Source: Intoshia linei
Taxonomy: Eukaryota > Animalia > Orthonectida
Direction: 5' to 3'
Assembly: GCA_001642005.1 (NCBI GenBank)
Contig: LWCA01000180.1
Span: forward strand, 1 to 43,617
Length of the DNA: 43,617 bases
Part shown: piece after piece, positions 1 to 10,228 of the stretch
Position numbering within the stretch: position 1 is the first letter of the stretch
Layout of the letters: each line of letters starts with the position of its first letter
Notes under the pieces: model-generated
Databases searched by the model: none
Told to the model about the DNA's origin: nothing
What the model saw: only the letters and a program-made list of their open reading frames with translations
Translations under genes and position numbers: made by a program

Positions 1-669
1 AGCAATTATCCTTGGATTGTCATTAGCCCAAAAGCGACAATTCTGCTTATTAACGAAGCCACTTAGATGGAAATAGGCTTCATTACTAAAGATAATTTTT
101 TGTGAAAAATCATCATCGATTTGTTTTTGCTCGTGCACCCAATCTGCACGTACGACGCTTCAAATGGTCAGCAGGCTTGATTTCTTGAGTCAATTGAATT
201 TTGTAAATGTGTAGAGATAAATCTTTCTTCAAAATTCGATGTAACGTGGTTGTGGAGAGGTTCAATTCCTGCGCGCGATGACGAATAAAGGTGCCTGGTC
301 TCTCGGCCACATTCTCGCGCATTGCAGCAATGTTTTCAGCTGAACGGAGTAAACGAGCACGCAAAAGTGTTTTCACATGTGCGACCGACCCAGTTTCTTT
401 GAATTTATGAACAATTTTCCCAATTATACTCTCGGTTGGTCGATTATGCTGACCAAAGTAATCGCGAAGTGATCGAAATGCTTTTTTATTTGAACGTCCA
501 TTTTCGTAATAGGCTTCAATAATTCTAACACGTTGTTCGATTGTTAATCTTTCCATGGTGAAATTGTCATATATTTAAATTGTTAAATCTCAAGATATGT
601 TAGTAAATTATTTAAAATGTATTGCTAATAAGCATTTAACATCGTTCCAAGCTATTGGAACACCCTTTA
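1..669 (-). mobile_element. Tc1/mariner-superfamily DNA transposon (DUF4817/Tc3-like transposase), defective, truncated by the window edge
   Basis: ORF 113..556 has the DUF4817-type N-terminus (EQRVRIIEAYYENGRS...FKETGSV) and an HTH. After a frameshift near 150 the reading continues ADWVHEQKQIDDDFSQKIIFSNEAYFHLSGFVNKQNCRFW, with the catalytic FSDEA changed to FSNEA. The terminus reads TA|TAAAGGGTGTTCCAATAGC on the minus strand, with TA at 670-671. Confidence 0.9.
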
Positions 670-684
670 TAAACAAGCCGTTAC

Positions 685-2158
685 CTTTTGACGTAGAACC
701 CGATCCTTTTTAGTCATATTTTGAAGCTCATCAGCATTTCGAATAGCTAAAATAAAAATCAAACACAAATTGTGCAAAATAGTACCTCCTTCTCTAAATA
801 AATGTAAATTTCGACTACTAGCATCTTTTAATTTCGACAAATTTCCAATGCTTTCAATTTTTTCTTTGGTTAGTGCTCGTTTAACATCAAATTGAATATA
901 ATTCAAGTTAAATGTTGCCTAAAAACATTTTCAAAAATTCATCATGGTGTGGACAGAGACACCAAAGTGGTTCATATCGATACCTAATGGTATTGAAAAT
1001 ACTTATATGTAGACTCAACGAAAATTTGTCACATTGGAGTGTCGTGGGGCCACGTAAAGTAATATTGATATTCTGAAATGAAATGTATAAAAAATAATCT
1101 TTTAGAGGTTCATGACGAAAAAAGCTTGATATCCCTAATTTACGATCATACCGGGTTTTTTTCAAAATCATCAAGAATATCATTAACGCTAGACTTTCTT
1201 TTGTATTTTATAAATGCAGTCCCTAGAAAATAAAAATTATTCAATTTAACCCAAAATATACCTTTGCATTGACCATTATCATTTTTAAGTAAAGTTACAT
1301 AATTAATATCTCCATATGAAGAAAAAAGTGAATGTAGTTCTTCTTTTTTAGTGTCATACGATAAATTTCTTGAAATTAAATTACATTTTAATTATAAATT
1401 TAATAAAATTCAATACCTTATAAACAGAGTGTTTCCTTCAACAGCGTCAGCCTTATCATATTGTTTGACTTTTTTAATTGGTGGTTTTTCTATAGTTTCA
1501 TTTTCTATTTATAGAAATGATTAAAATTTATGAATAAATCAATAAAAACCTCCAATTTGTTTACGTTTCTCCTTCGGTGTTTCACTTTTTCCAATTTCTT
1601 TGTGTATACAATGTTCATTTTTAGAAACACTAATCATACATTTCAATTTTCGGTCTAAATAGATAAAAATGGATAATCAACAAAGTAAAATAGTCAAATG
1701 AAAAAATTTAAAACCAAAAGTTTTTTTTCCGTTGAAAATTTTAATAGCGTTTTTCATATCATCCTCATTCTGATATTGTACAAAACCAAACCCTCGACAT
1801 TCCGTTGCTACATAATGTATTAAAATATGTAACTCTACATATAAAAAACAAAATACAATCTGGTTTAACAGGTAAATTAACATCTACAACTGTTCCGTAT
1901 TTTTCAGCTTCAGTTTTTAATTTTTCAATGTCCATCTAAATTAAAAATGAAAAAATTTAAATAATTGACAAATGACATGTAGGATGACAAAAGTATAAAA
2001 ATAATGCAATTACTGAAAATGGTAAATTCCGTACAATTATTCGATTTTTTCTAGTTTTTAATACTATATTTGATTTAGAACATGTTTTAGATTATGTATA
2101 TTTTAAATTCACCATTTTGTGTCAAGTTTAATTTTTTACATTTCTCTTTTGCGTCCAT
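685..2158 (-). CDS. RBM28: RNA-binding protein 28 / Nop4 (multi-RRM ribosome biogenesis factor); 5' exons only, gene continues left of the window
   Basis: Spliced translation from ATG 2158 gives RIIVRNLPFS / GTVVDVNLPVKPD..CRGFGFVQY (RRM2-like), DAVEGNTLFIRNLSYD...KGTAFIKY (RRM3-like) and the family motif RNLHLFREG. Introns are short GT-AG; the last visible donor is at 684. Confidence 0.85.
945..1055 (-). ncRNA. Candidate intronic box H/ACA snoRNA or other structured RNA
   Basis: GC-richer island in the ~230-nt RBM28 intron. Order on the minus strand: hairpin, ATATAA (H box ANANNA, 1003-1008), hairpin (ATACCA/TGGTGT and GGT/ACC pairings), ACA (948-950) plus 3 nt. Folded by eye only. Confidence 0.4.
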
Positions 2159-3039
2159 TACAGATTAATTAGAAATAAAAGTGCAAGGTAGTGATTAAAA
2201 TAAATGTTTATTCAATTTGAATTAAATTACAATGTGTTGGTTGGAGTACGCAACTTGCAATTTGTAAATCGTAATTATTAATCTTGTCATTCAAAACTTG
2301 CATTTCATGATGAATCATATTGATCAATGATTATTTTCGTTTTTTTATCAATATTGTAATGTATTTGATTACGTGCTTGAAAATTTTGGAAAATCAATAA
2401 AATTGGACAAAAAATAAGACTTGTACTAACGACACATTTTACAGGCATTTTTGTTAAAATCAATTCAACAACTGAGATTTGGTAATCTTGCGCTATTTTC
2501 ACGATTATTGTATAAAAGATATAAATGCGTCCAATAAAAAAAGTTACAAGCAGACATAGTCCATTCACAATATAGATCTTTGTTTTTTTATGGTTCTAAA
2601 CATTTTTTGTAACATTTAAACACAAACACACAAAAATATGGTTGGTTTGATATTTTAAATTTTAAAATAATAAAAATACCTCGATTAATATGTCTCGCAA
2701 GGATATAAAAGGTATGGGCAGCTCAAAAATGAGAAATGAAGCTATAACGTAATCTCCAAAATTGTTTCTCAATGATGAAATATCATTTCTTTTTTATATT
2801 TGTAAAAAACTGAAAAATTAATGTGTTTTTTAGATTCAAGTGTTCGGTATTTTATGTCGTTCCACATGGCGTACAAATCATAGTAAAAATAGGGAACAAC
2901 AAACGCACAATATTTACGAATGTAAGGATATCTGTTGAATTTCATTTTAAGAGTTGTATTTATTTTTTGCAAGATTAGTGATCAAGTCCAAATAGTCAAT
3001 TAGGGCTTAAAAAAATAAACCTTTTTTTTACGCCGTGAG

Positions 3040-3791
3040 TAGTGATTGTGCCGGGACAAAATTCACGGGATATTTAATAATTTCCGGGAATTAAATTACC
3101 CGGGATTTCCCGAAAAAAATTGAGACATATCTGTATTTGATTTGTTTGTTATTACTATGAAAATATGATTATATTATAATATTATAAATTTACCATTTCA
3201 AAAATACCACCACTAATAAAATTTAATCAAAAATTTCAAGCCCTCATAGAAAAATTGACTTACACCGATATTCTTTTCAAAAATCCGAGTTTATGCAATC
3301 TTATGAAAAAAATCCACTTCATCAAATCACAAATAAAAAATCTAATTTTCTAGCCCTTAATGGAAAAATATCCTTTTTCCAATACTTTTTTTAAAAACCT
3401 CTTATTCCAACCACAAATTACTAAGACTTGAGGGAATTATCCTCTTTTTCCGATATTGTTTTGAAAAATATTATGAGTTGTTACAAACTGGAACGCTATC
3501 ATCAAGATTGTTAAAATTAAAGGAAGCCCTTATGACCGTTCAACCTACGTCAACACAAAATGACTGAAATTTCTCCAATGCTTCTAATTTCGTTACAAAA
3601 CGTAGAACGCGTTTAAAAGACGAATCTATCAATATTATGTATTTTGAAACACTTTTTCAACAATTTAAAGTAAATAAATTTTTTTTTAATTAAATTTGTA
3701 AATTTCAATCTAGTAATCAAATAAAATTTCTTAAAATTAGTAATCTTGTTTCTAAAATTTTTTTATTTTTCCCCGGAAATCACCATCACTA
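3040..3791 (+). mobile_element. Non-autonomous hAT element with a transposase C-terminal remnant
   Basis: Ends are TAGTGAT...ATCACTA with a perfect 8-bp TSD GCCGTGAG (3032-3039 and 3792-3799). 3475-3670 translates ALMTVQPTSTQND*NFSNASNFVTKRRTRLKDESINI, which fits the hAT dimerisation domain. Confidence 0.9.
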
Positions 3792-3949
3792 GCCGTGAGT
3801 TGCCTCAAATTTTTTTTATTTCTCATCGACTCTATATAAATAATAATTTAATCTTAAAAAAATCTTTGATTACCTTAGATTTGGTTTTTAAATCGATATT
3901 TACGATTATTAGTTTTTATTTTCAATCCTTACTTTATAAAATAATTTAC

Positions 3950-4620
3950 ATTTTGTTAAAAATGTATACTGTTTATTCATTTATTGTCAGTTTGTTCCAG
4001 TTTATTTAAGAAAGTAAAATGCGTAGAGTTTTAAGAATACACATTCTAATAGTTTTTGAGGGTGATGTTTTATCGCAAATTTCATTTTCAGAAATTGAGT
4101 CCTTCAATGTCAAAAACCGAATTATCTTTTTTTTAAATTCAAACCAGTCCTAGAATTATAAAAAATACACATTCTCATAAAAAGTTTTAAATTCATCAAT
4201 ATTATTATAATTTCATTTTCAAAATCTTATATATTCTCGGTCAAAACCCTAAATTACCCTTTTTTGTAAAAATTAAAAAAATATAACGATCAAACCCCAG
4301 ATTATACTTTTTTAGAATTAAGAAATTAAAAAATGAAAATAGTCCTAGAATTTTAAAAAAATATACAGAAGATAGTTATATCCAGTTAACACACACAAAA
4401 TTTTCAATCTATTAAGTAACGCCTTCACGGTGAAAAAGGCACTTTAGTATTCAGTTTTTTTTATTTCGAAACTATTTTACTCTAACAAAAAAATTTGAAA
4501 TAACGGTCCTACAATTAAAAAAATCATTATTCTGATACAGCTTATTTCAGTTAATATAAATACAAAATTTCAACCCCAAAAATCTACGCATTCCCGGTGA
4601 AAAATAATTTTTAATTAATT
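3950..4620 (+). repeat. Dispersed repeat module A (four diverged ~130-180 bp subunits)
   Basis: Similar copies at ~23100-23420 (-), ~25100-25420, ~35560-35985, ~37440-38020 (-) and ~42990-43490, for example the shared GTRACGCYTTYACGGTNAAAAA segment. A hAT-like right end (AAAAGGTTGCACAACGCTG) closes at 4878. Confidence 0.85.
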
Positions 4621-5553
4621 AATTAATTAAAAAGTAAATATTCATACTACAATTTAAAAAAAATGTGCATTTAACGTCTACACATTATTAATAAAGAGAT
4701 ATGGGTGGAAATGTCATAAATTGATTTCTTCGGATTTTTTTTCATTTTCAAAATTTTAATAAAAAATAATTGTAATGATTCAACAAAAATATCAGCCCCA
4801 AAAAATAATTTGAAATAGGGCTATAATTTTTTAAGAGTGAAAATAGGGTCGAGCATTAAAAAGGTTGCACAACGCTGATGTACGTAAAGGATAAAAATAA
4901 ATAATCATGAATCATAATTTATACATAATTAGTTGAAAATTTTTCGTGGACTCAGTTTAAGACTCAGATAAATAATATACTCAGCTTTTAAAATTGGTAA
5001 TTCTGACTCTTCTGAAATACTAGTAAATCCAACAGAAATGGCCATTAACGACTGAATTGTTGATACCGCACTAAATGAGTAAAATATATTAACATGTAAA
5101 TAATTAATATAATAATTTGAAACCGATTAGAAATTGAATATACAAGAGATTTTCTATTGATAAATGAAAATAGCATCTGATTAAAAAGCCAATATAAGGT
5201 AGGGAAGAAAATGCATCAAATTATAAACATGTTGATATTTTCCACAATCATCTTAGATTACGTAAACTTTATATTCATTTAGCGGATGTATAGTAACTAC
5301 ATGATAAACATAGATCCAATCCAATCAACGATGAAAAGTAATGCTTGTTAAGTTTAAGTCCTCATGTAACCGAATAGAAATATTCTTATTTTGTACTGTT
5401 AAACATTACAAAGTCAACAAAATGCATTGATTTACCAATTATATTTTAGAAAAGGAAATTCACGATGAAATAAACTCCTTGGATGTGAAATATAGGAAAG
5501 TGATAATAAGCTGTTTAATAATATTAAATATATACAATAAAAAATAAAATAAA

Positions 5554-8500
5554 TCATTTTTTTCTGTTTTTAACCATTTCGTTAATAGCCTTCAAATCTT
5601 TAACAGGACTTTTATCGAAACAATAAACAATCTTTTTATTGGAGGGTGCAATATTTCTCAGAAAATTATCTAATTCTGATTTTCTAGACTTGTGAGGAGA
5701 AACATAAACTCTGTGAGCCTGTGAAATTCTGCGAGGGGAAATTGGAATTTTTTTTTGAATTGGTATTGGAGAAGACCCTGGACTGCGAATAGGACCTGCT
5801 GAAGCCCTGCTCTCGTGGATATCTGGGTTAGTATCCGATTTTAGATAATCAGCAAATTTTGATACAAATGATTTCATTTGAACGACATACACCTTATTAT
5901 AAAATGCAATAAGGTCGTCATATTCGTCATTTGATATAGTATTTTTTTCCGTTTTGTCAGGTTTTTTAGATCTAGTGACTCTTCCTAAATTGAATTGATT
6001 AAAATAATAAAACTACAAATTACGTTTATCATCACTATTTTCATCAGTAATTTTGTTGGTCAGAATAAAGACTTTTCGGTAAACCTACAATTTGTATATA
6101 ATTTTTAATAAAATAGAATATAATATAATATAATTGGTATTACGTGACTTTGAGCTTGAGGTTGGAGTCTATAGTACTTCATAATATTCTGAAAAGTTTG
6201 TACATGAGTTTTTGAAATTTTACAAACCACGTATATACCACACATGACTAAAACATCAATGTGTCGATTAGACATTAATATTATTCCAGATGTTAATGAA
6301 TATTCTATCGTTGTCCATATCTTTTGTTGTAGATTCCAGCTAATGTTCAAATAGGAACACAAATTACGCATTCGTACAGAGGATAAATGATAAACCTAAT
6401 TTTTAATTAAAATAGTATTTGTAATTGATAATTTACTTTTCTAAAGAATAAAGCCAAAGAAGAGGGAATGGGGTTAATCTTTAAAGTTTTTGATTCATCC
6501 ACAATATCTTCATCGTCCTGCAAATTTTCAATTTTTATAGAGATTTTGTTATCATTGGAATTATTTTTTTTTGTTTTTAAATTGTCCTTTTCGAAACCCA
6601 ATGCAGTCGATATAGGTGAATTAAACACGCCATTTGAATCGGTACGTTCAGTCATCAAACTTGGGTCGATTATAGGGGACCTGGTAAAATCCATTTTATT
6701 TAATTTTATGCTTTGAGTTCGTTTTTTATTGTAATTATAACTGTCTTGGATTGTAGCCGGCAACATGACGTCCGCACAACATGGCCCTTTGTTGTTATAC
6801 TGTTTAATCAAGTCCCATACTGTTGAATTAGGCGACCAAGCTTGATATTCGAGTATACTTTCTTCAATCCTGTTCAAATGCTTGACAATATCTCGTGACA
6901 GAGAAGGAAGTGTACGTACCATAGATTCGATTATTTTATAAAATTGAAATGGGTGTAAATTCATAATTTCAATTATCCAAGGAAAAATTCTAGGCGATTT
7001 ATGACAAAACAAAACAATTTCCATACAACAACCAAATAAAGCTTTATGAAAAACGTCTTTGCTTAATAATTTTGTTAGAGACGTTGTGTTATTTTTGAAA
7101 CGGTTATGCTCTTGCCTGACAATGATGTCAAAACATTTCCAATAAAGACGTAGACATTCATTGAGGCGATCGTTGGACATTGACAATTCAATACTTTCGA
7201 CGGAAATGCCAAATGAAGTTTCGTTTCTGTAATTGCAATCAAAATCTTCTGAAAGTTGTCGAATGCTATTCTTAATGTTTTCTGTAATTTTAGAATCAAC
7301 TTGATTGAGCATGGTTAATAATGAACTACTTGGAAAAGGTTCAGAATTATTAATTATCGAATTTAATATACCAATATTGTGCCGTAAAATTGAATTGGGA
7401 GAATAAGGTTCGAATTTATCCGCCAAATACCTTCTCCCGGTTAAAGGTGTGTGAGGAGGTGAAGCTACACCTGGAGCAGTGTTGAATTTAATCTTATTCC
7501 TTCTTTCAAAAATACAAGCATCCACTGACTTGAGAGGAGAAGAAAATCCAAATTTATTATTCGAACTATTTAAACCAGCAAAACTAACTCCAATTGTAGT
7601 TTCAGCCTCCACACTCTGGAAAATTCTTTCATCAAAACTGCAACTTTTCAAAAGATACTCGTCATAAGCACTGCTTATAGTATTTTTATTAAGCGTATAA
7701 ACTCTTCTATCAAAAATACCATATAGAAATCCTGCGCCATTGGTTCCTTGCAATGCACCTCTTTCAAAAAGTTTTTGAATATATGGCTGCCACCAGTTAT
7801 TTTTTAGGGCTTTCGCTTCCATGGTTACCCCCTGATGCATCTCACAAACTTTTGAAATAATAGAGACATGACTGTCATCGTCAACATATGCCACATTTAT
7901 AAGATCCAGCCTTTTTTCATGGTATAAATCGCAATAAATACAGTCGATAGCACAAATCAATAAATGATATGAATTTATGACATCGTCTGCAATATAAGGA
8001 AAATGTGCTTTAACGTGCAAGTATAAAGTCCAACAAAAGGAATAAATTTCTTGAATATTTATATTAAAATTTCCTTTTTTGATGGGAAAGGTTCGTTTAA
8101 AAGGTGACTTGTCGGAGAAAACAAAAAATTCCGAAAAAATTTTAAAATATTTCCGATAAATTACACAAGATACGGAAAATTTTTTTTCAAGGTTGTTTAT
8201 TTTGTCGATTATTGCTTTTGATGTTTCGTTCATTTCAAACATTTTTCTAATTTTATTGAAAAAATTTAACCAACTTAAATTAAAAACACTGAGTAATCGA
8301 GTCAATGATATAAAATTTCCAACAGATTCTTTCAAACTTGCATTCATTGACGTAATGTATAGAGTGCAAGCTAACCAATGAAATTGGTCACCATCTAGAG
8401 TCACTTTGTCTTTTATTTCCAAATATGATACATATGCGTTTTTTCGGGTTCCAGCGTCCATGTTTAATTCAGCACAGGCTGTGCAATAACGTTCATACAA

Positions 8501-8608
8501 ATCTGAATTGGTTTCAGTTTCATTCTTGTCGTTTATTGTTTCAGTTACTTTTTGCTGTTTGCGCAATTTTCGCACAGGAGAATCCTTTTTATATTTTGTT
8601 CGAACCAT
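5554..8608 (-). CDS. RBL1: Retinoblastoma-like pocket protein (p107/p130 subfamily)
   Basis: Exons 8608-6437, 6395-6144, 6084-6024 and 5984-5554 (introns of 41, 59 and 39 nt). Motifs TPLTGRRYL, FHKALFGCCMEIV, FYKIIE, LSRDIVKHLNRIEESILE, SLALFFRKVYHL, YRLQPQAQSHVYRKV and DLIAFYNKVY. RBL1 and RBL2 cannot be distinguished. Confidence 0.96.
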
Positions 8609-8640
8609 TTATAAATGTTTTCAATTATTTAAAATCAAAT

Positions 8641-8648
8641 GCGCGAAA
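8641..8648 (-). promoter_or_regulatory. Consensus E2F/DP binding site TTTCGCGC
   Basis: GCGCGAAA on the plus strand, 33-40 bp upstream of the RB-like ATG; exact match to TTTSSCGC in very AT-rich DNA. Confidence 0.6.
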
Positions 8649-9047
8649 TATATATCTGTTGTTAATGACAGCCAATAAAGTCATATTTATATTGATGTAT
8701 GATCTTGTCACTAAACTTGTTACACTTATAATGTTTATTGATTATTTTTATTCAAACTCATTTAACTAAGTCTAAAACTAAAACTCTTTAATCTAAAATA
8801 GTGACTCTAAAACTTTTATGCTTCACTTTTACCATCCATCATGCACAACAATAATTTTTGCTATCCTCCCTTTATAATGAACAATCGAACATTTTTTATA
8901 TCAAAAATATTATCTTTTCTTAATTCCATTGATTAATTCATGCATGATAAAAAAATTTTCGAATGTGATTAAAATAAATTTATTATTTTGTAGTTTTGTG
9001 TACAAATTTGAATAATAAACTCAAAACACATGGAGATGTGGCTAGAG

Positions 9048-9875
9048 CAAGGGTGCACAACCTTTCCAACAATTCAGCCGCAAAGCTACTTTACTCATTG
9101 ATACTACGGCCGCACTTTAATTTTACATTGATAATGTTTAAATCCATTTTGAGAAAGTGGGAAAAGTCAAAAATGTAACTTTGATAAAAATATTTTAAAT
9201 TTCCATTGAATATATTTTTTTAAACTTTTTTATTTTAAAGTAAAATTGTATCATGCATTGCACTCCATTACAATTAAAGCAATCACATAATTGAATTTAA
9301 GTCATTTTAAAAAGATGCCCATTGTGCATAGGTTTATGAAGTTATAAAAAATTCGAAATATTTCGCGTCTTAACAATGTCAACATTTTAACATGCTTTAA
9401 AATTTAATTTAAATTAAAGTGGCCAGAAAAAATACGTACTATCAATTATAGTTTATTTGGTGTTAAATGTAAAGCCAAAACTACTTATTTATGATGAAAA
9501 ATAAAATTTTTCGGCTTAAAATTTATTCCAAATAAACTAAAAGTGATAGTACGTATTTTTCTGGACACTTTATTTAAGTACACATATAAATAATATTGTA
9601 AATTTGGTATTGAATGAAAAACTTGAATCGACTCAAAGAGGGCTATTCTTTCATTATTGCGACTATCATGTTCTATTGTGCAGTGAGATATTGAGACATG
9701 ATACATTATGATCACATGGATCGCCCACGGTACATTTTCGGCCCCGCGGCCACCATACCGATGTGGGCCACCTCAAAATTTTTGGTTTTGGTACATATTT
9801 GGACTATTTGTGAACTACAATTTTTTGATTAATGATACTAAATTCATATTCACTCCACCCTATTGTACGCCAAGT
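9048..9875. mobile_element. Degraded hAT-type MITE fragments between the RB-like and Olig genes
   Basis: Charlie-like left end CAAGGGTGCACAACCTTT followed by CGGCCGCAC; a GC-rich block at 9715-9770 and GTACGCCAAGTG at ~9864-9875. No TSD resolved. Confidence 0.45.
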
Positions 9876-10228
9876 GCAAGAGGTTATATGTAACTTAACT
9901 AAATGTGTCGTTTGAAAAGTTTTTAGGGTTTATTTTTATTTTGGAGAATTTAAAAAATTTTTTTTTTTTGAGAATTTAATTTTATATAGGCAAAGTTTGA
10001 ATTAAAGAAACAAGTATTTATATGAAATACTGATCCACGCTTAAAATAATGTTTTACAACGATTTAAATTTTAGATAAATATTATAATGTGAAAAAGAAA
10101 AATCATTGCATCTGACTGATATTAAATTCAATTACATAATTTTTTTAGATAATTTAAATATGATTGGACATTATTGTATGACAATTAATCGATAAAATTT
10201 CATTTGTACATTTAATAATTTAAATGAA

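Larger units (their letters stand above)
2331..5251 (-). pseudogene. TLC-domain protein (TLCD3/FAM57-like) pseudogene, 4 exons
   Basis: Exons 5251-5124 (MIVENINMFII*CIFFPTLYW...ISNR), 5070-4981 (AVSTIQSLMAISVGF), 2931-2680 (FVVPYFYYDLYAM...MIFHH / LRNNFGDYVIASFLIFELPIPFISL) and ~2595-2331 (IYIVNGLCLLVTFFIGR...CP / QFY*FSKI...IKKRK). Two nonsense codons and two frameshifts. Confidence 0.82.

Noticed and set aside
3746-4009. Short F/I/K/L/N-rich ORFs in introns and repeats (also 13517, 14627, 20513, 21270, 22304, 42266)
   Set aside because: Chance ORFs in AT-rich transposon DNA.
2331-5251. TGA read-through or recoding (Trp/Sec), because all stops in the TLC gene are TGA and one sits at a conserved Trp
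   Set aside because: The same gene also has frameshifting deletions. The RB-like gene ends normally in TGA, and the intact genes use TGG for Trp. Decay is the simpler explanation.
685-8608. Operon-like co-directional run of RB-like, TLC and RBM28 with gaps of about 300 and 170 bp
   Set aside because: Short gaps are expected in a compact genome, AATAAA signals are present, and trans-splicing cannot be shown from DNA alone.
6468-8769. Antisense and alternate-frame ORFs over the RB-like gene (similar ones at 18050-19401, 23593-24107, 30105-30534, 34892-35101)
   Set aside because: These are shadow ORFs of real exons, with F/L/S/I-biased composition and no motifs.
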